Shown here one piece after another: positions 48,286-63,364 of a stretch of DNA of 64,000 nucleotides (the first letter of the stretch is position 1; each line of letters starts with the position of its first letter). Source of the DNA: Lophium mytilinum. Taxonomy: Eukaryota. Location of the stretch: positions 728,816-792,815 of the forward strand of contig MU004191.1 of NCBI GenBank assembly GCA_010093605.1, given 5' to 3'. The translations under genes and the position numbers were made by a program. The notes beneath the pieces were generated by a model. That model was not told where the DNA came from, did no database searches, and saw nothing but the letters and a program-made list of their open reading frames with translations.

Positions 48286-51200
48286 CTACCCCCCTAAATA
48301 AAAGAAGAAAGGCTATAGAGAAAGGAAAGGCTATATAGTAGAGCTATAGTAGACTAAGAAATAAAATACTAAGAAAATATAGTTATAAGTAATTAAATAG
48401 AAATTATATAAGAAAGGGGCGTGCTTATAGCGTTATAAAGGTAGGCGTTCCTATTAAAATAGCTTAGCTAGCTAGGTATAGTAGAGAATCTAGGTCTTAG
48501 TTAAGTTATAAATAATATTATAATATTACTATATAAAGTATATAAATAGAGTTAATAAATACACGTGTTATAAATTATAAGCGCGCGCTTATTAAGAACT
48601 TACTACTAGTTAGGGTTAGGCCTAAAGTCTAGGTAAGGGCCGTTAGCGTTAGAGTATTAGTAGTAGAACTCGCTAATAAGCTTATTTAAACTATACTTAC
48701 TAAAGTTAGTCTAGTTTTACTATATCTATAGTTCTATATAGCCTTTATACTAGGTATAGTATTATAGTTTATAGCTATAGCCGCGTTATACCTAGCGGCT
48801 ATCTATAATAAAGTTAATTAGCTATATATTAATATAATCTTACTTATTATTAGTTATTCTATAGGGGTTAATAACTTATATAGGTAGTAGAGGAGGTAGG
48901 TTTTATTCTAGTATAGGCCTAGGCTTAAATAGGTAGAGAAGGTAAGGGTAGAAGATATTATATATATAACGTTCTTTAAGTAATATTTCTATAAAATTAA
49001 GCTAGAAGGCGTAGCTTTAGTTAATAACTTTAGTAATATAGAAGGGTCCTAGGTTTTTATAATTAAGTAAATAATTAGGGCGTTATATCTTAATATTGCG
49101 TGTATTAAGCTAGACTAGATTATCTATCTTAAGATATAGTAGCGGTTAATAATATTAATTTATAAAGTAAGCTTATATAGCTATAGCCTAAGTAATAGTA
49201 TAGTAATATTCTCTAAGGATTTTATTTATCTAATTAGCGTGCTAATTAGTAAGTAGCTATTTATTACGTACTATAGCGCGGCCTATAACTAGCGTAGAAG
49301 GTTTAATATCTAATTACGGGTAGAAACTATATATAGTAAAAAAGGGCGTAAAGCCTATTAAGGCCGCTTTATAGTTATTAACTATAAATTTACTAAGAGA
49401 AAGATAATTAATCTAGTTATCTTATTAGTATAAAATAAATTAATAGAGGTAGGCTTTTATTATAGAGTTAGTATTCTTAGTTTAGCTATTAGTTTCTAGA
49501 TAGAAAGTAGTAGAAAACTTAGGCTTAACGCTAAGGTATTTATATAGGCGGCGCCATACTATAGAAATAAATTGCGCGCTATAGTTACTAATAATAATCT
49601 TAGGTAGGCCGTATAATTAGAATATTTTACGGATAAAGATATTAGTAATATCTTTAATAGTATCGCCCGTTATAGAAATATAGTAGTATTTCTTAAATAG
49701 TTAGTTAACTATAATAAGAATAAGTATATATATTTATCTATTTTATATATATAGAGGGAGATCTATAATAAAGTCTATTATAATTTCTATCTATTACTTA
49801 TCTAGTGTATTAAGGCTGTAAAGTAGTTCTTACTATTTATCTTAGAAAGCCTTTACTTAGCGGCAGCTATAATAGGCGCCTATATAGCGTTTAATATTAT
49901 TATAGAAATTAGGCTAAAAGTAGTAGCATTAAAGTAGCTTATAAAAGCCGTATTTACTAGAGTAACTAGTAATAGAAGTATTATAAGAGAGGCTAAGTAG
50001 CTTAGTATATAGCTAATTATAGGCTAGCATATATAGATAATTATAATAGTATAGTTAGTTATTCTATATTTTAAAACTATTAATATTAAGGTTACTAATA
50101 AGGTTATAGAGAGCTTTTAGAAAAGATTAGGCTCTACTCTAAATAAGGTCTATAAGCTTATAGAGTATAGAATTATATAGAGATTTAAAATAAGGTAGAT
50201 ATATATAGGCTTTATTAATAAGGTATTATAGGTTATTATTATTATAGTTAATATTATTATTATTATTACCTTAAACTAGCTATACTATAATAACCTTATT
50301 AGTAGCTATAATATTCTTATTAGCTAATAGAGCTATAAAAATCTTATTAGCGTTACTAGGTAGCACTATAAAGTTTTTATTAGCGCTTCTATTACTATTA
50401 CTATTATTATTAGCACAGTCGTAGCTATGTAGCCTAGCGGGGGCAAGTTAAAGGGAAAAGAGAAAAAGAGAATATATTTTAAGAGAGGATTATAGTAAGG
50501 TTATTAGAAGAGGCTTAAGTTTCTTAGTATAAGGAACTAGCCTATTTTAGTAAAGTGCATAGAATAGCCTAAGGGCGCCGGGCTTACTTAGCAGCTTAGT
50601 TAGCTTAGCGTTATTAAGTAAGAGTAATTTACTATTTAGTGTAACTTCTAGTCTAAGGTTATAAGATTTAAGTATAGTTTAGCGTTAAAATTAATTTTAT
50701 AAATTATTAGGCCCGTAAGGTAGGTTTTATAAATAGCGCGTAAGGCTATTAGGTTTATCTTCTAGTACGCTAGAACGGTATATAATCTTAAAGTTAAACC
50801 TAGTAAAAAATTTAGCCTAATAGGCTTAATATTAATTAAGTTTCTTAGTAGTTATAAACTACTTAAGGTTATAGTAATCTATAAGGACGTTAGTTAAGTC
50901 TTTAGAGTTAGCGCTTATAAGCTTAGGTCTCTATTCTTTAAAGGCCTTAACTATAGTAAGAAGTTCTTTATTATAGATCTTATAGTTATACTTAGCTAGT
51001 AATATCTTAAAAGAGAAAAAGGCAACTAGATATAGAAGGCTATTAGGTCTAATTTAAAATATAACGCCGGCTATTATATAATTAGAAGCGTTTATTTTAA
51101 GAAAGACCTTTTTACTATATTAGAAGTATATAAGAACGGGTGCCTTTATAAATACTCTCTTAAGTATATAGAAGGCTTTTTTATAGGCCTATATCTATAT

Positions 51201-54200
51201 AAAGTAAGGTTTCTTTTATTCTTCTTAGAGCTTTATTATATTAGTAAGGGGTTTAATAATATATAAGAAGCCGTAGATAAATTACTAGTAGAAATTAGAT
51301 AGCCTAATAAAGGCTTAGACGTTCTTAATATAGGTTAGAGTATTCTACTTAAGAATAGCGGTAACTTTCTCTAGATCTATATAAATTCCTTTAGTAGAAA
51401 TAATTAGTTCTAAGTAGGTAACCTCTTTTTAATTAAACGCGCATTTAGATAAGTTAATATATAAGCCTACTACTTTTAAGCGCTTAAGAATAGCGGCTAT
51501 ATAGGCCTTATAATCTGCTTTTAAACCTTCTATATAAATAAGAATATTATCTAGGTATACTATATAGAATTTATTAAGGAAATTATATAGTATTTAATTA
51601 ATAAAGAATTAAAATATTCCGGGTCCTCCTATAATACTAAAGGGCATAATAAGAAACTTATATTTACTATAATATATTATAAAGGCGGTCTTATATTTAT
51701 ATTCTAGAGCTATATAGACTTTATTAAAGGCGGTAATAATATCTAGTTTAGTAAACTATTTAGCTTTTTCTAGCTAGTAAAGAGTTTCTTATATAAGTAG
51801 AATTAGGTACTATATTTTAATAGTAAGTGCATTAATAGCTCTATAATTAATATAGAACTATATACCCCCGCCCGGTTTATAGATAAGAAGAATAGGGGAA
51901 GAGACTTATAATTATAAGCGTCTAATATAGCCTTTAGCTAGATTATTATTAAGCTATTTCTTAATAACTTAAAGCTTATTAGCGGATATAGAGTATAGTC
52001 TAGCCTTAGGTAGCTTACTAAGATTAACACTATTAACCTAGTTAATTTTATAGTTAATGCTAAGTCTATATAGGGAAAGCGTATTTATATTAACTTAGTT
52101 AAAGATATAAATATACTTATAAAGACTTAAAGAAAGCTTAGTAAATATTTTCTCTTTAGTATAGTATTACTTAACTTCTATAAACTTTTTAATATCGCGC
52201 ATAGCTAGTTTATAGAGATAGATAGGTATATTACTTATCTATAAGGCTATAACTTATAGGTAATTTAAATAGAGTAGAAAATCCTTACTAGTATTAGTAA
52301 GGTTAGCTGCAATATATTAAGGTAAGTTATTAAGCTAGTCTTCTTTTATAGCGGCTATATAGTATATAGTAAGATAAGCTATAACGCCTATATATTTCGC
52401 GGATTTATTATTAGTATTAGATAGGTATAGAATAAAATTATAATTATATATAAAGTTAAAGGGCGCTAGTTCTTTAGTATAGGTAATAGCGCTATTAGTA
52501 TTATTTATATAATAATAGTAATAAGTATAGAAGATTCTATTATATTTTTCTTTTATAAAGTTAATCTTGCTAGTAACCTAATTAATAGCTAGGTTATAGC
52601 GCTAGAACTAGCGCAGGCCTAAAATAATATTATAATTGCTAAGGTTAGTAATATAGGCCTATTTACAGCTCTAATAGCCTTAAATAGTAATAGGGATAAA
52701 GGCTTTATAGGTAATCTTTTTAGTAATAGTAGAGCTATTAGCTAATTTAAGTATCTATAATTTAGATAGGGGGCGGGTAGAAAAGTTTATTTAGTGCGTA
52801 TAAGTAGTATCTATAAATTTATTAGTTACTCTAGTATTACTATAAAGGTATTCTTTAATTATATCTAATAGTTATCCTTTATAGAAACGCTAGACTTTAG
52901 CTAGAACTAGAAAGCTATAGAGGGTCTTTTTATTAGTTTAACCCGCTTAAATATTATTACTAAGAGAGGCAGCTAAAATAACTAACCTTTTTATTCTTAA
53001 CTATAACTATATAGATTCCTTATTTTTATAGTATTAAACTACTTAAGTAATAATACGCCCTAGATTATAACTATAATCTAGAACTAAGTATTTTCTAAGT
53101 AGGGGTAGCTCTAGTTTTAGGTATAGAACTAGCCGTATTCTATAAATAGTCCCCTAGCGCCTCTAGATAAGATAGAAGTATTAATACCTACTTTAGTAGA
53201 AGCTAGAGTAAATATAGTAGAGGCTATATAGATAGATAGAGTATATATAGATAGGGGCGCGTATATAAATAGAGTATATATAGATAGGGCTAGAGTTATA
53301 ATATTATTTAGATATATACTAATACTATATAGGGCGAGTATAAAGCGCTTTATAGAGTACTACTAGTTAGTAGAAGTATAGCCTATAAGTTAGTAGTAAA
53401 AGTAATAGTTTTTACTTATAAGCTAACGCTTTTAATTATCTATAAGGCGGCCTAGGGTAGAATACTACTAATTAGTAGAAATATTAACGGGAAAGCTTAT
53501 AGCTTTACGTAGCGTAGACATCTAGTAATTCTAGCTAGGCGCATTTATAGTATTCTAGCCTTATTCTTAGATCTAGTTATTCTAGTAGCCTTAATTCTAA
53601 GAGATCTAGTTCTAAGTAGCTTAGAACTAACCTATTAGGGTCTAGTTAGGGGGGTTCTAATTAGAAGAGTTCCACGGGTAGTTACCGCGGTAGCTACCGC
53701 AGTAACTATTATTAGTTTAGAAGTTATTAGGCTATTAACTATATTATCCGGGCTAGTTATATAGTTAGTATAGTTAGGTATAGTTAACTATAGCTTAGTC
53801 TAGAAGCTAGTTGTAGTATATATTAATAACTTTATATTCTTTTTTATAATATTTTTCTAGAACACCCGCAGGCTTAGTAATACTAGGGCGGATCTTTACT
53901 TTAAGTATAGTAATATTCTAGTAGTATTCTTAGTTTAGAAGCTATACTATAAGTACTTAGTATTTAGCGTAGAATATATTAAGGTTATTATTACCCTATA
54001 TTAGTTAGTTAAGTTACTAGAAAGTAATAGCCTTAGGGTTATATAGGAGGTTCTTAATATTAAGGCGCTTAATAGCATTATTAAGAGTATAAAAAGGTTA
54101 ATAGCTAGTTATTTACGCTATATAGTTACTAAGAGGTGTACTAGTAAGATATATACTAAAGAAGTAGAGGCGGAAGCCTTTATTATATTAGTAGAGGTAG

Positions 54201-55776
54201 CTACTATAAGTAAACTTACTAAGAATCTAGTAATACTAGGTAATATATTTAGTTTTATTACTATTATACTTAGGGGGGTGTAGTATAGTCTTATTCTTAT
54301 TTTAATTAGCGCATATTCTATAGTTAATATTATATAGGGGTAGTAGAGCCCTATTAGGTCTAATAAAAGGTAGTATATATAATTAGGGGGCCTAAATTAA
54401 ATTATAGGTGCGGGAGTTCTTATTATTATTACTATTACTAGAATTAGAGAGAGGTCTACCGCCACCTAAGTATATATAGGTCTATTAACTATAAAGGGGC
54501 TTATTAGAGTAGTAGGGTAGTAAGAGTTAGTATTAGTAGTAGTTATAGTTGCAGCCGCGTAACTAATTACAGCTAGGTAGAATAGAAGGGCGTTATTCTA
54601 GCTTAGCGCCTCTCTTATCTATAATGTAGGCTATAAGCTTATATTAATAGATTATAGTAGTAGTAAGTTATATAGTAATCTTATTAGAGAGTAGGCTATT
54701 AGTGCAGGCTATAGAGCTAGAAATAGTAGTATTCTAAAAGCTATTAATATAGACCTTAGTAGTAGTAAGAGCTTTTTTAATATTCTTAATATAGGCCTTA
54801 AGCTTAGTAATATACTTAGCTAAAGCCTTACTATAGGCCTTAAGCTTAGTAATGCGCTTTACTACTATTATATTAATAGTATCTATTTAAATAGTAAACG
54901 CTACTATATTAGTAATATATTTATATATAATAGTATCTTTAGAGTTTCTAGCGTAAATAGTATTATCTCTATCTTAGATAGTATTATCGCGGTTATTATA
55001 GAGGTTAGAAAGGTTAGACTAGTATTTAAATTTTATATTAGTAATAGTCTTTCTAAGTTACTTAATATTATCTTTTACAGCTAGAAGGTAATTATCTTAT
55101 TACTTAATTATACTATAAGCTTACTTATTAAGCTTAGCCTAAGCCTCTATAGAGGCCTTATTACGTTCTAGGTAGTTATATAGTTAGTAGATCTTAGCTT
55201 TATATAAACGGGTTAATTTAAAGACTATTACCTTATTTTTAGTAATAAAGTCTATAAAGGCTTTAGCGTTAGGGACCTTATATATAACGGGAGCTTTATT
55301 AGCGTCTTATTTATTAATAGTAGAATAATTAATAAGTTTATTAACTTTAAGGATAGAGTTCTTAAAGGCGCCGGGCATCTTAGAGTAGTAGATATAGCCA
55401 CTAGGGTTAGACTAATTAGGGTATTTCTAAAGTTTATTATCTTTAAGGAAAGCGTTATCTTTAGTAAGGTTATCTTAGGTATTATTATAGCTACGCGCGC
55501 GCTGTAAGTTTCTAGTAATTATCTAAGATTTCTTAGTAGTAGTATTCTAGAAGTTTTAAGTTAAGGCCTAGAAGTCTAAGAGTATAAGAATAGTATACTA
55601 TAAGAGAAGATTATAGAGCTTCTATATATTAGTTATACTAAGGGGTTTAGAGTTATAGTTATTAGCTATAGTATAGATAGCCGCGCGGGGTAATTATAGG
55701 GTATTATAGTTTATAAGCAGTAGATTTATAGTTTAAGAACTAGGTAGAATAGTAGCTAGGTAGAGCAACTTTATAG

Positions 55777-55978
55777 TATTATGGACTATAAGAGGTAAGG
55801 TATAGAGTATAGTATTAAGTAAGAAATAGGGTATATTTATAAAGATAAAGTTATATAGAGGTAGAGGTTCTATATAGCATAGGCTAAATATAGGCTAGAG
55901 GTATAAAACCGCGCTAGCGCACAGGCTTATATAATATAGCTAAGAGCATATAATATATATAGAGCTAGATCTATTATA
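55777..55978 (-). repeat. 5' LTR of element C
   Basis: Colinear with 48084-48285, followed by TSD AAGCG. Confidence 0.95.
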
Positions 55979-58900
55979 AAGCGCTTCTATAATAGAAGTA
56001 AACTTTTAGCCTCTAGTAATATAGGCTCTATATTAGCTACTTATAATTATAAGTAGTAATATACCTTAGCCTTTATAAAACCTCTTTAAAGGCGGCTTTA
56101 GTAGCTAAAATCTATATACTAGTAATAACTAGTCTAGTAGACTGCGGCTATATAAGGCTAATAATACTAGAGCTAATAATACTAATATCTAAGAATAAGA
56201 GGACTTATACTAGAATAATATATACGCGGCTATTAAGACTACTATAGATAATACTATTAAAGAAACTATAGCCTAGCTAGGCTATATAGATAATAATAAG
56301 CCTATTCTAAATAACTAAGCCCTAGATAATAACTTAGTAGCTAATAAAAATAACCTAGTTAACGCCAGCTTTATTAATATAAGCTCTACTAACGCCTCTA
56401 TATAGATTACTTATGCCTCTATATTACTAGCTATCTTATAGCTATAGTATATATACTATATATATAAGGCTACCTTTCCTTCTAATAACACCCTATTTAA
56501 ATACCTTTATTAGAACTACTAGCCCTTAGTTTAAAAGCCTAAAACGCCTATAAAGCCCCTATTAAGCTTAGTCCCTCTAAACTATAGTACTAAGGTTAGA
56601 AGCTTCTATTTTATAGAATATATTCTCTTCTCTATAAGGATACTAAATATTAGCTCTAGAGTTACCTTCTATAGTTATTACTATATAACTATAAAGGCCT
56701 TACTTATAAAGAGTAGCCTTCTAGATAATATTACGCCTAACTCTAGAAATACTATAATACTAATTAGTAAGAACTTTCTCTAGAAATAGAGAGACTTCTA
56801 TAAGCTCTATAAGATATAGAAGCCCGTTATAGTCTATAGAGTAGATAGTAGATTAATACTATCTTTAGAATTCTATATTATTACTCTCTATCTTTTAGGC
56901 CGCCTAGGTAGTTAAAAGGTTATTAGCGTTCTATAATTTAAAGCGCATGTTATTAATAACCTATATACTAATCTTCTTATTAGTATTAATATCTTAAATT
57001 CTAAAGGGGCTATAATAGACCTACGCTAGCATTTACTATAACTAAGTAGTTATTAGGGTCTTAAAGTACCTATCTCTCTATACGCTAGCTCTTCTACTAT
57101 TAGAGTTTAATAAGCTATTTAAGCTACCTATATAATAGTAGTACCGGCTTACTTAGTAGCGCTTATATCTATTAATATATATAAGCGCAAGAGCTTATCT
57201 AAATATAATTTTATCTTTATACTAGATTTCTAGAGCGTACGCCTTAGATATAAAAAAGGCATCTATACTTATATTTTAAATACTAACGCTAGTTATATAT
57301 AGATTTATAACGCCTCTAGAACGCCTTTTATAGTTACTTATTATCTATAACTTAGGCTACTCTTAGACTATCTAGAAGAGAGCTTCTTTACTATTAATAA
57401 AAATAAGTATACTCTAGCAGCCTAACGCGCTCTATTATAGTAGCCTTAAGAAGGCTTTCTAGTATATAGTATCTATAATAGTAATACTAATAAAATAGAT
57501 ATCTATAATTAGATATCTATAACTCTTAGTAACTAGACTCTTCTACCTATAGCTAAACCTATCGCGGCCACCTATAAATATAAAAGTCCTTTTAGAGTTA
57601 TAGTCTATAGCACCTTACCTAATATTACCTACTAGCTAAGTAATATTATTAGGGCGTTTAAACTGCTTTTTATAGATAATAGAAAGCTTACTAATATTCT
57701 AGAAGACTAATAGCTCTAAATCCCTCTTATTAATAACCTTAATAACGCTAGCGTTAAGCTTAGCTATAGGGTCTATCTATTAGAACCCTAGAAACGTGCC
57801 CTTATTAACGCCGAGTTTAATAAACTATATAAATAGGGCTAGATATTCTAGTTAATAGCGCCTACGCGCTTTAGCTTTCTAGTCTTTATAGTTTAGAAGT
57901 CTATTCTAGTTAATAACATGCTAACTAGAAAAGGCCGCGTAGTTATTAATATATAAGGCCTTAACTATATTATAGAAAAGAACTTATACCTATTACTATA
58001 TTAAGAGAACTTAATAAGTATAGTATCTAGCTATAAATATATTACTACTATAGATATAGTCTTCTTTTTCTATTAGTAGTCTATATAGTATAGTAATTAC
58101 TCTAAATTTATAGTTATCTTCTATAGGGGCTAAGAGTATTTTAATATTACTATTATAGGCTACTATAATTCGCCTCTATATATCTAAAGATAAGTTAACC
58201 GCATTATTTAAGAATATAACCTTAAGGCTTTTTATTAAGCCTATATTAATAATCTTATTATCTATAGTAAGTTACTATCTAAGTATCTATAATATCTATA
58301 CTATATATTTTTAGCGCTTTAAAATACTAATATTATATTAAAGGGCTAAAAATTATATATTAGCTATCTATTCTTAATATTACTAGGCTAGAAGGTTAAT
58401 ACGCTTAGTATAACTATAACTACTAAGAAGCTTACCGCTATTTAAAATCTTAGCTTTCTATCTATACTTAGGGACCTAGAATACTATCTTAGCCTTATAG
58501 GCTAGCTACGCTAGTATATTAGCTACTATATACAGCTCTTAAAAGCCCTCTAATAAGAGAAAATATAGCTTCTTAAAATAGCTTTAAGGGCTAGATAGGT
58601 ATATACCTACTATATATAATCTATGCATATTAATAATTCTTCTACTAAGCTCTATAACTTCTATAAGGCCTTATAGGCCGCCTTTAGATAGAAGAAGATT
58701 CTAGTTTATTTCTAACTACGCTATTATCTATATATTAATATAGACGCCTTAAAGGTATAAGGCTTTAGTATTATAGTATATTATATACTTAGTAACTCTA
58801 TAGAGCTTAATAATATTAAGAGAAGTAAGATATAGCTAGTCTTATTTCTTAGTAAGCTTCTCTCCGCTGCTAAGTAGAACTACTAGCTAATAGAACTTAA

Positions 58901-60240
58901 GGTAGTATACTTAGTTTAGGCTATTTATTATATCTATTATCTAATTAATACGTTAGAATACCCTACTATTATTATTACTAACTACGCTACTACCCTTAGT
59001 ATTACTAAGTCGGCCTTCTTAATATCCTTATTAGTAGATAAGCTTAATTTACACCTTATACAGGCCTTATAGTATCTCTTTTAGTTCTAGCTTAATATCT
59101 ACTATAGGCCTAGAAAATACTATTTTATACTAGACGCTTTATTCTAACTTACTATCTATAGGCCCCCTATAGATATAACTATAAATACCTTAGAGAAGCT
59201 ATATATCTTTAATACTACTATAGTTAAGCTTACTAATAACTTCTATAAATACCTTATAGAAGTATATAAAACTAATAAGTACTAGGCTAGAATATACTTT
59301 TTACTAGCTGCGCTAGACACTAGCGTTAGCTCTATAACTATTTATAATAACTATACCTCTATAATTATATATAATACCTCCGTACTAGAGCCTATAGCTA
59401 TCTAGATTATAGTTCTAGACGCCTAGATTAATATACTACCCCCTAGAATTTCTTACCTTTTATACTAGGGCCTACTCTACTATAAGAACCTATTTAATAG
59501 ACGCCTCTATCTTTATATATCTAAAAGTCTAGAGGGTAATATATTCTATAAATACTATAATATCTACTTATATATTAGCTTCTATAGGTTCTATAAGTAT
59601 ATCTAGATATTCTACTATATTTAGTACCTTACTTATTATCTATAATGCTATCTAGACTACTATCTAGTATACTAGGTTATTACTATAACGCGCTATAAGC
59701 CTTATAGTACTCTTATACTAGTATAGTTACTACTAATCCCTTTCTATATAGTAATATTAGACTTTATTATTAGACTTCTAGAATATAATAGCTTTAATAC
59801 TATAGTTATAATAATATATAAGTTTAGTAAGCGCGTAATAATAGCGCCCGGGAAGGAAACCTATAATACTAAATAATAGGTATATATTATTCTTAACGCG
59901 CTTATAGATTAGGGCGTTCCTGCTACTACTATTATAGATAGAGATAGAAAGTTTATTTTAGCTTTCTAGAAGGCTATATTTAAATAGCTTAGTACTAAGA
60001 TATTAATATCTATAGTATATTATTCTTATATAGATAGCTAGTCTAAGAGAACTAACTAAACTATTAAGATAGCCCTTTATTATTTTCTATTATAGCTAAA
60101 TAATAGAAACTAGCCGCGATTTCTACTAGCTCTTTACGCCACGCTAAATAACTCTATTAATTAGTTAATAGGCTTATTACTAAATATAATTATCTATAGC
60201 TTCTAACTTAATAAAGGTCTTCTAACTCTCTAAGCTAAGA

Positions 60241-60330
60241 ACCTATTATCTATAAACCTATTATCTATAAATCTATTATTTATAAGCCTATTATCTATAA
60301 ATCTATTATCTATAAACCTATTATCTATAA
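60241..60330 (+). repeat. 15-bp tandem array (6 copies) inside the integrase region of D
   Basis: ACCTATTATCTATAA unit x6. Confidence 0.9.
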
Positions 60331-61785
60331 TTATATAGGCGTTAGAAATAGCTATAACGCTAGAAGCTTTTACCTTTATTACTACCTAAAAACTTACTTA
60401 ATATAAAGCTGCTAACGCCTTAGCTTTTATAGCTACTTAAATAAAGCTACACTTTAATAGTATACGCGCTAACTTATAGCTATAGCCTGGCAACCTTATA
60501 TATATTAGGCTATATAAAGGCTATAAGCTTCTAGAGCTTATAAACTATAAATTTACTTAATAGTATATTAGGCCTAGAATAATTAAATATACTATAGAAG
60601 AGAACACCTATAAAGTAGATATTTCTTCTACCTAAAAGATTTACCCTATAGTCTTAGTTAAATAGCTTAAGCCCGTAATAGCTTCTAACTAAGACCCCTA
60701 CTAATATAAAGCTTTAAGCTAGCCTACCGCTATTAAAGATAACTATAATAATAACACCGGCGCCTACTATAAGGTTAAGCGCCTAGTAGCCCGGCGTCTC
60801 TACTAGATAGGCCGCGCGAAGAAGCTATTTATAGAGTATTTAGTTAAGTAGAAAGAATATAGACTAGAAGATAATTAATAGTATTAGAAGGAGGATATTA
60901 ATAAGAATCTTATAAATATCTATAACCTAGCGCACCTACTAAATAGCTAGTTATTAACGGCCTTCTATAATATCTAGTTATCTATAAAACTATTATTCTA
61001 GGGCCGGTATTAGTATAAGTATATCTTAAATATTATATGCCCCTATTTATTAGTACGCCGCCGTCTATTAGAAACCTCTATCTTAGCCGAGTTTAGCAAA
61101 CCTATTATTAGCAAGCTAATTACTACGGCTTAATTACTTATCTATAAGCTAATTACTATAGCTTAATTACTTTTCTATAAACTAATTACTATAGCTTAAT
61201 CGCGGCCGGCTATAAAGCCTTTATAGCCCTCTATAGCTTTACTAGCTATTTAAGAGTTATTCTTCTTTATAACTTACTATCTTATGCAACTTCTATAGGC
61301 CTATTATTTTATATAACTTCTATAAATCTATCTTCTTCTATAGATCTATTTTCTTTTATAACTTATTTTTTATAAGTTTAGACTTCTTCTCTATTACCTC
61401 TATTATTATTATTAATACCTATAAACCTACTACTAGAACCCGTAAATACGCCTATAGAAGCCGTTATTATATACACCCCTATTATCTTACCTAGGCAGCG
61501 TCTTTTACCTACCTATTATTATATTTATAAACTATCTTCTTTTATAACTTCTATAAAAGTTATAACTTATATAAAGCCGCCGTCTTTTCTAACTTCTATA
61601 AAGCTATCTTCTTTTATAACTTCTATAAAGCCGCCATCTTTTATAACTATAAGTTTACTAGAAGCCTATAAACTTATCTTAAATATCTTATTACCTATAA
61701 CCTCTTCTTATAATATTATAATCTTAGATATAATTCTCTTAGGTACACTTATTAAGAATAATAAGATCTTTTTATTTAGGGTAGT

Positions 61786-61963
61786 TATTATAGTTCTATA
61801 GTTAATAGGCTCTAGTATATAGTATATAACGGACGTTTATATATATACCTAGCCGGACGCCGGTGTTCTATATACTAACGCCCGCGTAGCTCTTAAGGCT
61901 ACGCCTACTAGCTAGTAATAGAATACCTTTTACCTCTACTTTTATTACGCTTAAACCGTGCTA
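61786..61963 (+). repeat. 3' LTR of element D
   Basis: Colinear with 37111-37288, followed by TSD TAGTA. Confidence 0.93.
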
Positions 61964-62370
61964 TAGTAGAGCTAGTAAAGCTACTAGAGCCGGGCGTAGT
62001 TATTAGATAGTATTATTCTTAAAATTCTTAAGTAGAAAGAAGTTTAATAGTAGTAGATAGATTATATTATATCTAATATTAAACTTCTTTATTAGCGCCT
62101 ATATATATATAGCGCTCTACCTATTATTATATAGGGCGGAATTCTAAAATACTATATTTATATCTAAAGAATAGTTTAGTATTTTTAAGTATATATCTAG
62201 TATAGATAATATATTAATAATAGCTACTATAGACTAATCTTTAAACTTAGTATAATAGCTCTTTAATACTTATATTATACTAGAGTAGTATAATATTATT
62301 TCTCTAAGCTCTATAAAAAGCTTCTTTATATAATTATTTTAGCGCTTAAATAAGTTAAGTATACCTAAAG

Positions 62371-63364
62371 TATAGTTATTTATTATATATAGTAAATAGA
62401 TAGATATCTTAATAATTACTTACTTACCCTTTTAGTTATAAAGAGGTTTTAAGGTTTATAGATATTATATATATAAGGTATTAAGCTAGGCTTTAGTTAT
62501 ATACGCATTAATCTATAAAGCTTTTAACTTCTTTATAGTTTCTACTAGGCGCGTATTTTATATATTATAGTCTACTAATAGAGTATTATACTACTATTAT
62601 AGATTATATATATTAGCTTATATACTATAGTTCTTTAATATATTATATTATTACTAGAGTATTTATTTCTTAGTCTATATACACTTATATCTCTTTATAG
62701 ATCTCTAGTTTACCTTTAATATATTATCTAAAGTATTATAAAGAACTAAAATCTTCTAATAGTACTAGTTCTTAATATTAATAATATATACTTCTATAAT
62801 TATAAGATTCTTAGTTAAATATAGATTTATTATAACTATTATTTTAAATTCTTTCTATAGGGAGTTATAGTTATTTATTATACGTAGTAAATAGGTAGAT
62901 ATCTTAATAATTACTTACTCGCCCTCTTAGTTATAAAGGGGTTTTAAGGTTTATAGATATTATACGCGTAAGATATTAAGCTAGGCTTTAGTTATATACG
63001 CGTTAATCTATAAAGCTTTTAACTTCTTTATAGTTTCTACTAGGCGTGTATTTTATATATTATAGTCTACTAATAGAGTATTATACTACTATTATAGGTT
63101 ATATATATTAGCTTATATACTATAGTTCTTTAATATATTATATTATTACTAGAGTATCTATTTCTTAGTCTATACGCGCTTATACCTCTTTATAGATCTC
63201 TAGTTTACCTTTAATATATTATTTAAAGTATTATAGAGAACTAAGATTTTCTAATAGTACTAGTCCTTAATATTAATAATATATGTTTCTATAATTATAA
63301 GATTCTTAGTTAGATATAGGTTTATTATAACTATTATTCTAAATTCTTTCTATAGAGAGTTATA
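62371..63364. repeat. 495-bp direct tandem duplication within element E
   Basis: 62371-62865 repeated at 62866-63360, differing by transitions, with TATA at all three junctions. Confidence 0.93.

Larger units (their letters stand above)
48084..55978 (-). mobile_element. Ty3/Gypsy element C (7895 bp) nested in D, RIP-degraded
   Basis: 202-bp LTRs 48084-48285 and 55777-55978; TSD AAGCG at 48079-48083 and 55979-55983; minus-strand PPT next to 48285. RT IVYLDNIL ~51550 and RNase H NYKIYNKELL ~50985 on the minus strand. Confidence 0.95.
37111..61963 (+). mobile_element. Ty3/Gypsy chromovirus D (~8.3 kb of own sequence, interrupted by B and C), RIP-degraded
   Basis: 178-bp LTRs 37111-37288 and 61786-61963; TSD TAGTA at 37106-37110 and 61964-61968. 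RT AYINNL (=AYIDDL) 58242; RNase H NY*LIELKV (=NYWPTELE) ~58879; integrase LDFIIRL ~59758 and HP..DGQSERTN-like ~60021; chromodomain YLVK*KEY ~60840. Confidence 0.93.

Noticed and set aside
45521..60330. CRISPR-like appearance of short arrays
   Set aside because: Head-to-tail repeats with no unique spacers, in eukaryotic retrotransposon context
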